Notes: generated by a model not told the origin, from the letters alone. Positions 1 to 12,460 are shown, counted from the stretch's first letter. The stretch: 64,000 nucleotides of DNA from Scyliorhinus canicula (GCF_902713615.1 NC_052150.1:146105993-146169992); one strand, 5' to 3'. A program made the numbers and translations.

Positions 1-98
1 CTTCAAATGAGCATTATGATCTTGCGCCATCCCCCTGTCATTTTCATACACTCCTGCAAATTGTTTCAATTCAAATAATCATCTAATGATGATTATTT

Positions 99-433
99 GG
101 TAGCACAGTGGTTAGCACTGCTGCCTCACAGTACCAGGGACCCGGGTTCAATTCCAGCCTCGGGTGACTGTGTGTGTGGAGTTTACACTTTCTCCCCGTG
201 TCTGTGTGCGTTTCCTCCAGGTGCTCTGCTTTCCTCCCACAGTCCAAAGATGTGCCGGTTAGGTGAATTGGCCATGGTAAATTATCCCTAAATGTCCAGA
301 GATGTGTAGGTTAGGAGAAATGCTTATTAGAGTAGGGCGGGGAAATGGGCTTGGATGGATTACTCTTTCAGAGGGTTGGTGCAGACTCAATGGGCTGAAT
401 GGCATCCTTCTGCACCGTAGGGATTCTATGATC
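99..433 (+). mobile_element. tRNA-derived V-SINE (HE1-like) with CR1-derived 3' tail
   Basis: Pol III A box (GCACAGTGGTTAGC) and B box (GGTTCAATTCC), V-domain core TGTGTGGAGTTT..TTCTCCCCGTGTCTG, tail GGGCTGAATGGCATCCTTCTGCACCGTAGGGATTCTATGAT. Confidence 0.92.
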
Positions 434-682
434 CTAATGTTCTCTTGAATGTCTCGATTGACCTGCCTTCATCACATTTCCAGGCAGTGCAATTCCAGAC
501 CCGAACCATTCATTTTGTGAAAAGGTTGTTTCTCACATCATGTTTGTTTCTTTTGCAAATTGCTTTAAATCTGTGCCCTCTCGTATTCGCTCCTTTTATG
601 AGTGGCAGCAATTTCTCTCTCTACTGTGCCCAGCTCCCTCACGATTTTGAACATCTGTAACAAATCTCCTGTTGAATTTCTT

Positions 683-1442
683 GGACCGGGATTCTCCGAC
701 GCCCCGCCGGGTCAGAGAATCGCCCGGGGCCGGCGTCAATCCCGCCCCTGCCATGTCCTGAATTCTCCGCCCGCCGAGATTCGGCAGGGGCGGGAATCAC
801 GCCGTGCCGGTCGGCTGGCCCCTCGCGCAGGTCGGCGGGCCCCTCGTGCTAGTCGGCGGGCGTCCCGCGGCGATTCTCCGGCCCGCGATGGGCCGAAGTC
901 CCGCCGCTGACAGGCCTCTCCCGCCGCCGTGGATTAAACCACCTACCTGACCAGCGGGATTGGCGGCGTGGGCGGGCTCCAGGGTCCTGGGGAGGGGGGG
1001 GGGGCGCGTGGGGCGATCTGACCCCGGGGGATGCCCCCATGGTGGCCTGGCCCATGATCAGGGCCCATCAATCGGCGGGAGGGCCTGCGCCGTGGCGGCA
1101 CTCTTTTTCTTCCGCCTTCGCCATGGCGGAGGCGGAAGAGACCCCCTCCCCTGCGCATGCACCAGTATGACATCAGCAGCTGCTGACACTCCGGCGCGTG
1201 TGCGGACGTACGCCGGCCGGCGAAGTCCTTTCGGGCCCAGTTGGCGTGGCGACAAAGGCCATTCACGCCAGCCGGCGGAGTGGGAACCAGTCCGGCATGG
1301 GCCTAGCCCCTCAATGTGAGGGCTTGGCCCCTAAAGGTGCGGAGAATTCCGCACCTTTGGGGCGGCCCGACACCGGAGTGGTTCACACCACTCCGACATG
1401 CCGGGACCCCCCGCCCCGCCGGGTAGAGGAGAATCCCGGCCC
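683..1442 (+). mobile_element. GC/CpG-rich non-autonomous PIF/Harbinger-type MITE
   Basis: 15-bp TIR GGACCGGGATTCTCC ... GGAGAATCCCGGCCC (1 mismatch), TT on both flanks, splits a CR1, and is colinear with the copy at 15877-16564. Confidence 0.85.
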
Positions 1443-1879
1443 TTATCTCCTAGGAGAACAGTGCCACCCTCGTAGCTGAAGTTTCTCATCGCTGGAGCAG
1501 TTCTTGTCAACCTCTTCCACACTCTCTCCAATGTGTTTACATCCTTCCTATAGTATGGCACCCAGAACATTGCACATTATTCAGCTGAGAACTAACCAGT
1601 GCCTTATATAAGTTCAACAGAACCTCCTTTCTCTTGTACTCCATGTCCAATAAAGAAAGCCCAGAATATTTTATGACTTCTCCACCCATCTTGCCACCTT
1701 TAATGATCTATGCACATATATACACACCAAAGTTCTGCTGCTCCTGCAGCCACTTAAGAATTCTATCCTGTATTTTATATCGCCTCTCTACGTTCTTCCT
1801 ATCAACATGCATCACTTCATATTTCTTCGCACTGGACTTCATCGGCCACCTACCTGCCCACTGCACCATTTTAATGTAG

Positions 1880-2645
1880 TGACAAGTTTTTATGGGCCTC
1901 AGAATTATAAGAAATGTCTCTCTTAACTCACCTGAAAGTAACTTGTTTGTTTTTCACCTTTACCCTTCAATGTTCAACATCTGAATCACGTTGTCGTCTC
2001 AAATGCACCTGCATAAAATGGCCGCCTTCTGCAGCGCGTTGTTTTCCTAACTGTGCCACAGATACAGTGGCTTCGTCTACTTTGCCAGAGTTTGCACATT
2101 TTTCTCTGGCTTTGAACTCCGCATACTCATTAGTGGCATACTCACTTGCTTTACACATGTTTATGGCTTCCTCTAACGTTAAATTTGGTCATCTTAATAA
2201 ACGTTCTCGCATCTGCTCATCAAGAATTCCAAATACAATCTGGTTCAGTAATACTGATTCTGCAACAGGAAAAATTGCAGGATTGCACTCGGAGTCTTAA
2301 ATCAGTGACAAATGAGTCAAATGATTCTCCTTTGAGCTGCAACTTTTTTTTAAACCTATATCTCTCATATATCTCATTGACCTGTTTTTTGCAATGAGTA
2401 TCACATTTTTCCAATATCAATTCATACTTCCTTTTATCTTCACTGTCCGTGAATTCAAAAGAATTAAACAGTTCAAAAGCTTACGGACCTGCCAAATTTA
2501 GGAGGAGGGCTATTTTTCTATAATCTGGAGCTGATTCAAGCGCAGATGCAGATAGAAAACCTTCAAATTGTTGCTCGAAGTTTTTCCAATTCGAGCTAAG
2601 TTTACTGGACATTTTGAAGTGATCTGGTTTCTTCACAGCTTCCAT
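1880..2645 (-). mobile_element. Ty3/Gypsy gag remnant
   Basis: EIYERYRFKKKLQLKGESFDSFVTDLRLRVQSCNF, then NQIVFGI..MRERLL..LTLEEAINMCKASE; contains stops and frameshifts. Confidence 0.85.
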
Positions 2646-2739
2646 GTAGCTCTCGGTGGTTTCTTGCAGATTCTGAAATGTGTAGCGGTGCGATGATTTT
2701 TCTTTATCCTTTTCTTATTGCTTGGGTGATCTTTGTGAG

Positions 2740-2873
2740 GTTGGCTTTGAGATGGAAAGCGTGGTGTTCACAAAGACACTTGAAGCTCTTTTGACGCCAA
2801 TTTTCCTGGCTTAAAAGACCACAGTTGTCCTGACGGCGTGGGGACATAGTTCCAAAAACGGAGAATCCAGCCC
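2740..2873. mobile_element. Orphan right end of a Harbinger-type element/MITE
   Basis: Ends in GGAGAATCCAGCCC (2860-2873), the reverse complement of the shared MITE TIR. The left boundary is uncertain. Confidence 0.5.
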
Positions 2874-2964
2874 AATGCCTTTTATATAACTGTCCCTTAG
2901 CTCCATCAAGTGGCTAATTTTAACATAACATTAATTCTTCACATGTTGTACATTTGTATAATGT

Positions 2965-3112
2965 CATAAGAGAGTAGACTGATAGGGTGGTAGATAGCTA
3001 GGTTGGATTTGTCCTGTTTCTTGGGCAATTTTCCACATTGCCGGGTAGATGCGGGTATTGTAGCTGTATTGGATCAACTTGGCTAGGGGTGTGGCAAGTT
3101 CTGGAGTACCAG
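2965..3112 (-). mobile_element. CR1/L2-group LINE (family B) RT fragment
   Basis: PELATPLAKLIQYSYNTRIYPAMWKIAQ..KSN..YHPISLLS; same family as 9320-10598. Confidence 0.8.
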
Positions 3113-3660
3113 TGCTCATTCGGAATTCTGCTGGTGGTGCCCAGTGGGTCCCTGGCGTTATCTTTCGCCAAATGGGCCCTATCTCTTTCCAGGTGCAAGC
3201 CCAGGGTTGTCTCCAGCGCAAGCATGTAGACCACGTTCGATCCAGAAGACCTTCCTTCCAAAGATTCCCCGCACCTGGAGCTCAGTTCTACAGACACAGA
3301 GACCAGACACAGTGGAGAGTATTCCTCACAATCTTCCTCTGGTGCCACGCTCAAAGCCTGCGTAGGTTGCAGATCCGCGTGAACATAGGGACGCCGAGAT
3401 GACAAAGGCAGCGGACTCCGACTCCGGGATGGAGACACAGGACGCTGCAGAGGGGAAGTCCTCGGGCCCTCGGGTGGTGAATGTACAACCATTACGCCGT
3501 TCATCACGGAAGCAGCATCCTCCGTCTTGTTACATGCCGCCCGATCCAGCGCCGCATGCAAATGGTATCCGGCCTGTGGCAAAACGAGTCCGACACCCTC
3601 CTTCACCAGGGTCTTCGGTGGATTCCTTGGACTTTGGGGGGAGGGATGTTATAACCTGCG
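3113..3660 (+). mobile_element. Ty3/Gypsy 3' end: integrase C-terminus, polypurine tract and LTR start
   Basis: WVPGVIFRQMGPISFQV..KHVDHVR; PPT GGGGGGAGGGA (3636-3646) directly followed by TGTTATAACC at 3647. Confidence 0.85.
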
Positions 3661-3762
3661 GAAAACCCCAACAGGCAGTCACTTGGGCATGCTCTGCAGA
3701 CTACCCTGCTGTAGAGCACCTTGTGGCTCATATATCTGGCCAGTGACGAAAGTGGCAAATCG

Positions 3763-5275
3763 TGAACAAGAGTCCGCCGGCAGGCTTCGCGTGGAGATCT
3801 TCTATGCGAGGCATTGGATATCGGTCGAGCCGGGAAGCCGTATTCACCGTAAGTTTATAGTCGCCGCACAAGCGAACTGTGGCATCTGGCTTCATTACAG
3901 GTACAATTGGCGCTGCCCAGTCAGCGAAACGGACGGGCCTGATAATACCCAAGGACTCCAAACGAGTGAGTGCCCCTTCTACCTTTTCAAGAAAGGCACG
4001 CCTGGAAATAGCGCAGCATGGCTCCTGGTTCGACTTGGATACGGGCTACACCCCCTTTTATTTTCCCCAAACCGGGCTGGAATACACCTGGGTACCGTCC
4101 TAGTACCACCGTCAACCCTCCAGAACCTGTTTGGAGGAGGTGCTGCCACTGCAGCCGCAAATGGGGCAACCAGTCCTGACCCAACAGACCCAATGCACCA
4201 CAATAAGTGGGAAACGTCCCTCCTGGCATCCATAAACAACAGGGGTCATCGTAGATCCTGCAATTACCAATGCTTCCCCCATGTGAGTGGCAAACCTGGC
4301 CTGTGTGTTGGTTAATGAAAGGGTCTGTATACCCTGCTTGATGTGGTCGAATGTCCTCTGGGCAATCACGGAGACCGCTGCGCCAGTGTCCAACTCCATC
4401 TCAAGCAGGTGACCATTGACCCGTACTGTCACCTTAATGGGGGCCACACGTGGAGCTGCCACACAATGCAGCTGCAGGCAGTTGTCCTCCGTCTCCACGC
4501 CCTCGGGAGTAGTCGTCGCGGGTTCACCCAAATAGAAGGTACGGCCCCTGGGCTGGCCCCAGTTTCGGTCGGAACGACGGTGCCTCTGCCGCCCTTAGCA
4601 CTGGCGTCCGCGACGGGGTCAGCGCCTACAAGTCCGACACAGACATGGCTCCTCATCCATCGGTTCTGGAGAAGGCTCCCTTCGGGGAGGAACGTCTGGC
4701 GGCCACTGGCATCGATCTGGATGCCGCCCCGCCCAAGATACCGCAGGGGTGCGGGGAGACGCTTTTGGATGGAAGGGGTTGTGCCCCCAAGGCGTGCACC
4801 TCCATTCCCTGTAGCTCCTGCACTCCCTGTTCTGCGCTCTCTCGGGACAATACTATTTGAATGGCCTGTTGAAAAGTCAATGTTGGCTCAGCTAACAACT
4901 TTCTCTGGGTGGCCGCATTGGTAATACCGCAAACCAAACGGTCGCGAAACATTTCTGACATGGTCTCACCATAGTCACAGTATTCCGCAATCCTGCGTAA
5001 CCTGGATAGAAACTCTGCAAGGGGTTTTCCTGGGGTCCTCTTAGCAGAATTAAGTGAGTAACGTTGGACTACTGTAGACAAGGTTGGGTTAAAATGTTGC
5101 CCCGCTAAGGTCACAAGTTCATCAAATGTCTTGGTGACTGGCGCAGCTGGGTATGTAAGGCTCCTAATCACCCCAAACGTATGCAGGCCACAGGCGGTGA
5201 GCAAAATGATCACCTGGTGCTCATTTTCGGTGATGTTGTTTACCCGGAAATAGTAACGCATCCGTTGTGCTTACT
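3763..5275 (-). mobile_element. Ty3/Gypsy gag-protease-RT(N-terminal) remnant
   Basis: gag MFRDRLVCGI..QRKLLAE (ORF 4653..5261); aspartic protease MELDTGAAVSVI (4112..4531); RT WAAPIVPV..VRLCGDYK..YPMPRIEDL (3728..3961). Confidence 0.92.
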
Positions 5276-5286
5276 CTCCAGCATTG

Positions 5287-5393
5287 TGAGTGGGTGGTGA
5301 GTGAATAGGTGGGTGAGAGGGTTGGTGAGTGAGTGAGTGTGTAGTGAGTGGGTAGTTGGGTGATTGGGTGATGAGTGGATGAATGAGTTGGGT
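5287..5393. repeat. Degenerate (GAGT/GGGT)n microsatellite
   Basis: Directly visible tetranucleotide repeat. Confidence 0.8.
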
Positions 5394-5682
5394 TGTGCTG
5401 TTAATAACTGAGTTACACCAGAAATTAAACAGTGTAACAGTTCAAGGGTAATTATCCTAGTAAATGGTGCATACCTACAGTCCAAGTCTCAGACACTGAG
5501 ATCAGTTGAACAAACATGTGTGGGGCATCCCAGCAGTGCAAATCAGCTTATCAGAAGTTTAAACTACCCAGGGAATTGCAATGCCTGTGTGCATGCCGGG
5601 ACCTCTCAGAGTCGTGCTGCACAACAGCAATTTACGTTCAGTTTATTGCTACTCCCAAAACCAAAAGATCTGGGCTAGTGTG

Positions 5683-6062
5683 TGTAATGATATTTAGATT
5701 GACTGAGATGTAAAGAGTTAACAAGTTAATGATAATGATTCTTACCACTAGAGGGAACCGCAGAAGTCATATAAATATCATATGAGAAGGGGATTCTGGG
5801 ATTAGATTAGAAGATGATTAGATGACTTGAAGTTAGGAGAGAGCTGGAAGAGTGTCAGGCACAGAGAGCAGTTGTACACTTGAGAGTTCTGTAAGTTAGA
5901 GATAGCATAGTTTTATATATAACCTTCTACTTTAGGAATATGAACAAATCTTAGTTAGTAGTGTAATAAATTTATGAGTTTGTTTGTTAACAAAGCTTTG
6001 TATTTTTTATTGAACACTACGCATCTGAGCCATCCAGGTAAAGTAGAATATAGAACATAACA
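5683..6062 (+). mobile_element. Solo LTR (Gypsy-type)
   Basis: TGTAATG...CATAACA termini; 5-bp flanks GTGTG/GTATG; TATAAATA and AATAAA inside; 3' end resembles the LTR at 32183-32441. Confidence 0.8.
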
Positions 6063-6129
6063 GTATGTTAACCAACCAAATGAATAATTTTGTATAGCTC
6101 CAAATCTTTTCTTTTCCTTTTTCTAAGCC

Positions 6130-7830
6130 TTCTATGTGGTGGCTTCAGCAGAGCTAGGGGTAGGCTGCTTTCATCCCTCCGCTGAATGCTCAGATGTTCA
6201 TGACCAACATCCTTTGGGTTTGGGACTGAGAGAACCCTGATAAAGACTGCTCCACCCTAGCCTGTACAGGGGTGGACTCAGTCATTGAGGCAGGAAGCAG
6301 AATGCAGGCCTCTGAATGAGCAGAGGGCAAGGGGTCAGAAGTGGAAGCACTTTGAACAGAGTCCCCACTTCAGTGTCACTTTCTCCATCTTCCGTGCCAC
6401 CTTCCCTTACTAGCCAAATGCTGGAGAGTACTTTCTTAAAACTAAGTGAGGTGCTGAAAACTCCAAGATGATGTTTTCATCAATCTTCACTAAGATGGCA
6501 GTCTGACTGTGCAGGATATTTTTGAGGGACAGCTTATACTTTGTGGACTGCTATCCCTGTTACTCCAAGTAGGTGGTTACTTGCCTCATAGACGTAGACA
6601 TCAACACAAAGGCTTAAGACATCATAGTACTCATGCTGGAAGTGGACTCTTCCAATCTCTTTCCAATTATGTCCTGTGCCTTTGGAAGGGCTGACAGAAC
6701 CTCTCACATTTTCTGCTGCTGCTGCAGAATAGTCCTCCTCATCAACAGCCCTGAGTCTCAGTGACTGTGTCCAGCTGGGCAGAGCTTGGAGAGTTCTGCA
6801 ATGCTCCATTAGGAACACTCCACTGCTCTACCAGTCTCCAAAAACTGCTGCTGCTCAGTTTTAACGTGTGATTCGCCATCTGACAACCCAGTTTGGCAAC
6901 CTCAGTGATACAAATCCAAGTTTGTGGAGGACATGCATGTGTCATGTGACAATGAATCCTCAGAGTGACTGACCTTCACTGCGGAGTCTTCATCCTCCTC
7001 TTGCATTACCTGATGTAACCTGTGGAGATGACAGACACAAATTTAAACTGGCAAGGTGAGAGGGTTTGAAGTCATCGTGCTACATATTAGCATTTTTTAT
7101 TTCCTGCTGGCACCAAGTCAGCATGAATTAGTGCTGTATGCCATTTGATTGTGTGATACTTAGTTCTGATTTAATTCTGTCACCAGACTGCTGGTGGACC
7201 ACCCATCTCTCCATCAGGCATGCAAAAGTCCTGGCTTCTTCCAGTGTCTTCTCCCCTGCAGCTGCTAAGGTAGCAATGGTAGTAGGGGATCCCCTGTTCT
7301 CTGTCAGTATGTCAGGTTTATGAGTATGAGAAGTGACGCATTTTGAGAAGATGGAAGAGCAACATCTGTTGAGAATCACTGAGAGGGAGGGATGTGACAT
7401 GACAATTAGATGAAGGTGAGTGTCAGTACTGGCTACACAGGTAGGGATGTGAGGAAACACCTTAATAGAGAGAGGTTGGCGCATCTGCGAGATTTGTTGC
7501 TATGAGGAATGATGTAGGGGAAAAGGCTGGCAAAGGCAGAGACAACGGGTTTATATTTGAATATGCCATGACACTCACCTGTCCTGCTCTGATTAGGTCA
7601 TTGAAATTCATGTAGCACTACATTCTGGAGTAAGGCATCACACTGACTTTTTCTGCCACTTCAAAACATCCCAAACCAATTTTCCTCCCACCTGCAGCGA
7701 ACAGAATTCCTGCAGCCACTTACAGCCGGCAGCACCATTCTCAGATACACATCACTGGAGAATGCTGCTGCCTTGGCACCTTACTCCTTAATTTCTGCAG
7801 GCTTTGGCTGTGACTGCACAACTCCATGAT
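6130..7830 (-). pseudogene. Degenerate spliced Myb/SANT-like (MADF-type) DNA-binding gene, Harbinger accessory ORF
   Basis: Reads EVAEKVSV..SRM*CYMNFNDLIRAGQ (Myb_DNA-bind_5-like helix 3) ending at the donor AG|GTGAGT (7579/7578). Next segment TENRGSPTTIATLAAAGEKTLEE resembles TGGG-P..LT..EE. Acceptor TCTCCACAG| at 7020. Confidence 0.6.
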
Positions 7831-8074
7831 CCTTTAAGTTTGACGCCCACAGGTCCCTTTATATAGTGGAGCTGAAAGAAAGAGAGAGAGACATGAGAGT
7901 TGACAGCATGCCATTTTATTCTGATTGATCAGGAAATTCAAAAGTCAGGTGTACATGTGGTGGTTGTGTTAAAGCATCCACTGTTAAACGAGCTGCTGAA
8001 ACAACTGACGACTGTGTTCCTGATATGTTGCCAGTCTCCCTCATTACAAGTGGGTCTGAAATGTAGAGCACATG

Positions 8075-8878
8075 GATAGAATCAAAGAGTGTTCATATCA
8101 CAGAAGGAAGTTATTCGGCCTGTCAAGACCAGGCCAGCTCTCTGCAAATGCAACCTCGGTAGAACCACTCTTCTAATCGTTCCCCATAGCCCTGAATTTT
8201 ATTTGCCCTTCATGTACTTCGAAAATTCTTTTCCGAAAGCGCCAGTGTACCTGCTTCTACTCCACTCTCAGGCAATACCTTTCATATCATCGCCTCCCAC
8301 TGTGTTAAAAGGTCTGTTGACCAGCCTGGTATGTGACATTTTATTAAACTCCTTTTGGAAGCCCACATGCACCATATCAATTGCAGTATCCTCATCAACC
8401 TTCTGTGTAACTGTAAAGTTCCCGGCGAGCAACCACACGGAAGCGATGATTGTAAGAACACTCAATCTTTATTTTAACTACTATAAAACAACTCATACTC
8501 CCCGAAGGGTCTCCCATGCCCGGTCCACACTGGGGCAGAGGTATTTATGTCCCATGGGGCCCTTGGCTTAAGGATGTAACTCCGCCCCCTCATCCACGGA
8601 GATCATGTTGAGGCGAGGCCACAGGGACTCCGATGTTGCAGACCCTGCTCGGGTTATAACAGTTACCTCATCAAAAACCTCAATCAAAATAATTAAGTAT
8701 GATATGTCTGTAAGGAAGCCGTGTTGGCTTTCCTTAATTAATCCACACTTGTCCAAGTGGCTGTGAGCTTTGCACTGGATTATCATCTCTAAAAGTTTCC
8801 TTATCACTTAGGTTAAACTGACTGGCCACATGTTGCTGAGTTTATTCTTGTTTGCCTTTGTGGACAGGGGTGTAACAC
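8075..8878 (-). mobile_element. CR1 LINE fragments (RT plus 3' tail, internally deleted), split by a solo LTR
   Basis: LIKESQHGF..LIEVFDEVT | VTQKVDEDTAIDMVHVGFQKEFNKMSHTRL. Confidence 0.8.
8412..8661 (-). mobile_element. Solo LTR
   Basis: TG...CA termini; minus strand starts TGTTATAACC like the LTR at 3647; TSD GTAAC/GTTAC; interrupts the CR1 RT at EVT. Confidence 0.85.
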
Positions 8879-9310
8879 TTGCAGGGCATGTCTTATGAAG
8901 AAAGTTTGAGGGAGCTAGGGCTTTTCTCACTGGAGAGAAGAAGGAAGAGAGGTGACTTGATAGAGATGTACAAGGTGATGAGAGGCATGGATAGAATGGA
9001 TAGCCAGAGACTTTTCCCCAGGGCAGAAATGGCTATCAATAGGGGACATAGTTTTAAGGGGATTGGAGGAAGGTATAGGGGAAATGACAGAGGTCGGTTC
9101 TTTACACACAGAGTGGTGGGTGTGTGGAATGCACTGCCAGCAGAGGTGGTGGAGTCAGAGTCATTCGGGACATTTAAGCGACTCTTGGACAGACACATGG
9201 ACACAGTAAATTGAAGGGATGTAGGCTAGGTTGATTTTGATTAGGATAAGTGGTCGGCACAATATCGTGAGCCAAAGGGCCTGTACTGTGCAGTACTGTT
9301 CTATGTTCTT
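8879..9310 (+). mobile_element. 5'-truncated CR1 LINE 3' end
   Basis: ORF 8879..9214 SYEESLRELGLFSLERRRKRGDLIEMYK..FFTHRVVGVWNALP; tail GGGCCTGTACTGTGC..GTTCTATGTTCT. Confidence 0.92.
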
Positions 9311-9319
9311 TGTTTTTTC

Positions 9320-10598
9320 GAAGCTGTTATAATACAGCTATGACACTGGCATCTACCCGGCAATGCGGAAAATTGCCCAGGTGTATCCTGGACACATGAA
9401 ACGGACAAATGCAACCCAGCTAATTGCCGCTCTATCAGTCTACTCTCCATCATCAGCAAAGTAATGGAAGGAGTCATCAACAGTGTTATCAAGTGGCACT
9501 TACTCTGAAATAACTTGCTCATGGATGCTCAGTTTGGGTTCCGCCAGGGTCACTGAGCTCCTGACCTCATTACAGTCTTGGTTCAAACATCAACCAAAGA
9601 GCTGAATGCCAGATGTCAGGTGAAAGTGACTTCCCTTGACATCAAGGCAGCACTCGATCATGTATGGCATCAAGGAGCTCTAGCTAAACTGGAGTCAATG
9701 GGAATCAGGGGGAAAACTCTCCGCTGATTGGAGTCATACCTGGCACAAGGGAAGATGGTTGTGGTGGTTGGCGGTCAATCATCTCATGTCATCTCAAGGC
9801 ATCACTGCAGGAATTCCTCAGAGTAGTGTCCTAGGCCCAACCTCCTTCAGTTGCTCATAAATGACCCTCCTTCCATCTTAAGGTCAGAAGTGGGGATGTT
9901 TGCCGATGACTGCACGATGTTCAGCACAATTCATAACTCCTTAGATAACTGAACAGTCCATGTCCAGATGCAGCAAGACCTTGACAAAATCCAAGCTTGG
10001 ACTGACAAGGGGCAAATAATCGTTGTGCTAGACATGTGCCTGGAACTGACCATCTCCTACAAGAGTATCTAACCATTGTCCCTTGGCATTCAATGGCATT
10101 ACCATCGCTGAATCCCCCACTATCAACATCCTGGGGGTTCCCATTGATCAGAAACTGAACTGGACTAACCATATTAATACTTGTGGCAACCAGGGCAGGT
10201 CAAAGGCGAGGAATCCTATAGCGAGTAACTCACCGCTTGACCCCTCAAAGCCTGTCCACCATCTACAAGGCACAAATCAGGAGTGTAATGGAATACTGTC
10301 CAGTTGCCTGGATGAGTGTAGGTCATTATGATCATGGCTGATCATCAAGTTCAATACCCTGATCCTGTCTTCCCCTCAAATCCCTTGATCCCTTTAGCCC
10401 CAAGAGCTATATCTAATTGTTGAAATTACACAACGTAACAGTACAGTGGGTGTACCTGCACCTCACATACTGCAGCGGTTCAAGAAGGCAACTCACCACC
10501 ACTTTCTGAAGGACAACTAGGGATGGGAAATAAACGCTGGTCTAACCAGCGTGTCGCATCCCGTAAATGAATTTTACATCCCGTAAATGAATTTTAAA
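9320..10598 (+). mobile_element. CR1/L2-group LINE (family B), RT to 3' end, with an inverted CR1 tail fragment at ~10322-10420
   Basis: YPAM.KIAQV, SISLLSIISKVMEG, QFGFRQG, GIPQSSVLGP, FADD; family 3' end GGTTCAAGAAGGCAACTCACCACC..CATCCCGTAAATGAA (last 20 bp tandemly duplicated). Confidence 0.85.
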
Positions 10599-10599
10599 A

Positions 10600-12460
10600 A
10601 AGGAGCAATGCCTGAGGAGCTTGCGGTTCACAAAGGAGGTGATCACCAACGCATGCCACCTTCTCCAACCAGAACTGCTGCTGCAAAGAAGGGTGCGATC
10701 ACCGTGACCAAAGGTATGGTTGCAAAATTTGCTGACCACACAAACATTGGTAAGAAAGTAAATTGTGGAGGACAAAAGGAGGCTACAAAGGAACATAGAT
10801 AAGTAATTGGGCAAAGGTCTGGCAAATGGAGTACAAGTGGGTAAATGTGAAATGGTGCATTTTGGCAGGAAGAATAACAAATACACTTATTATGCGAATG
10901 GCGAGAGATAGAAGAACTCAGATTCAGAGGGATCTAAGTGCTCTAGTGCACAAATTACAAAAAGGTAATATGCAGGTAATAATAATAATATTAATAATAA
11001 TCGCTTATTGTCACAAGTAGACTTCAATGAAGTTACTGTGACAACAAGTAATTAGGAAATCTAATAGAATGTTATTGGTTATTGTGATGGAAATTGATTA
11101 CAAAACTAAGGAGGTTATGTTTCATTTGTACACGGCACTGGTGGGACCACATCTGGAGTACTTTGGACAGTGAATAAATATTCAACTCCTTATTTAAGGA
11201 AAGATGTAAACGTGTTAGAAGCAATTCAGAGAAGGTTTACTGGACTAATACCAGCGTTGTCTCATGAAGAAATGTCCGTTAGGTTAGGCTTGTAGTTACT
11301 GGAGTATAGAAGAGGTGAATTGATTGAAAGCTTTAAGATCCTGAGGTGTCTTGACAGGGTGGATGAGGAGAGGATGTTTCCTCTTGAGAAATCTTAAACT
11401 AGGAGTCACGGTTAAAAATGGGCTGTCACTCATGGTCATGAGCCTTTGGAACTCCCTCTCTTAGAATGCGATGGAAGCAGAGTGTTTGAATATTTTAAGG
11501 CAGACCTTGGTAGATTCATGATTAATAAAGGGCTGAAAGACAATTGGGCGGAGGCATGAAAATGGGGCTAATGTTGCAATCAGATTAGACATAATCTTGT
11601 TGAATGGTGGAGAAGGCTTAAAGGACTAAATGGCCCACACCTGGTCCTCAATCATATGTTCATATGCTCAATTTCTATACGGCAGGGTCCTATCAGGATG
11701 GAGCAAGCAAAATCGGCAACCTCTCACAATTCCACTCATCACCTCGTCAGGAAACTGAAAATAGCCCTGTACAGAAGGAAGAGGGGACTTTATAGTGTTT
11801 CCAATCAGAAAGAAGCAGGTAGAGCAAGAAAATGGCTTTGCCATGGTCGTAGGATTACCAGTGCTGCAGAGAGCTGTTAACTCTTTGCGCAATGTTCCAT
11901 GTGCCCCACATGTCAACAGAAAGATGTTTGGAAACTGTAAGGGGTAACCACACCCTTCTGGTGACTTTGATGTGCTACCACACACAGAGCATCATGTTGG
12001 TAATTCCCATTATCCTGGCAATGCTTCTATTCTGCACCAGTCAGTTGTGACTTCCAGATTCAAACCACCATGACAAACCATAGCATGGTTGTTTGGAGAC
12101 AAAGTTTATCCCCCTATACATGTAGCTCATGGCTCTCCTCTGCCACCCAACCACAAGTGGTTAACACAGATAAAACAAAGACAGTGTACTACCAGAGCAT
12201 CATTGAACAAACTGTCGGCATTCAAAACAATGGTTTAGCTGTATAATCTGCTTGGGGGAGTCCTACAACAATTGAAAGTGTGGGTGTGTGCTGGGTGCTA
12301 CATAACCTGACTCTCATGAAGATACAGCCTTCGTCACCAGGCATTCAGCAAATACCACAGAAAGAGGAATAGTAAGACAAAAATAAGGAGGAAGATGAAG
12401 AAGAGGAGGGGGAAGACAGTAGGCATACAGAACACCCTTGCTCTGGACCATTGTTTCTGC
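10600..12460 (+). mobile_element. PIF/Harbinger DDE transposase remnant (HARBI1-like), split by a CR1 at ~10712-11660
   Basis: EQCLRSLRFTKEVITNACHLLQP (10602-10670); later GFAMVVGLP.LQ, WLFGDKVYP, TRA.IEQTVGI, CWVLHNL and an acidic tail. Confidence 0.75.
10712..11660 (+). mobile_element. CR1 LINE 3' part, containing an inverted SINE tail at ~10978-11045
   Basis: VAKFADHT.IG, VGPHLEY, RGELIESFKILRCLDRVD; CR1 3' UTR. Confidence 0.85.

Larger units (their letters stand above)
1..1876 (-). mobile_element. Degenerate CR1 LINE, 3' part of ORF2 (RT C-terminus), interrupted by a SINE (99-433) and a MITE (683-1442)
   Basis: Minus strand reads FWVPYYRKDVNTLERVWKRLTRTAPAMRNFSYE (ORF 1331..1570), the typical CR1 ORF2 C-terminus. 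The sequence resumes on both sides of each insert. Confidence 0.85.

Noticed and set aside
99-170. tRNA-like A/B boxes
   Set aside because: These are SINE heads followed by SINE bodies; no complete cloverleaf.
97-291. Recurrent small ORFs such as LCGVCMFSPCLRGFPPGAPVSSHSPK, seen many times
   Set aside because: They are translations of the V-SINE core, not a gene family.
602-1479. Overlapping Arg/Pro/Gly-rich ORFs (also 15733-16596 and 51676-52450)
   Set aside because: These are stop-poor shadow ORFs of the GC-rich MITEs, with no domain motifs.
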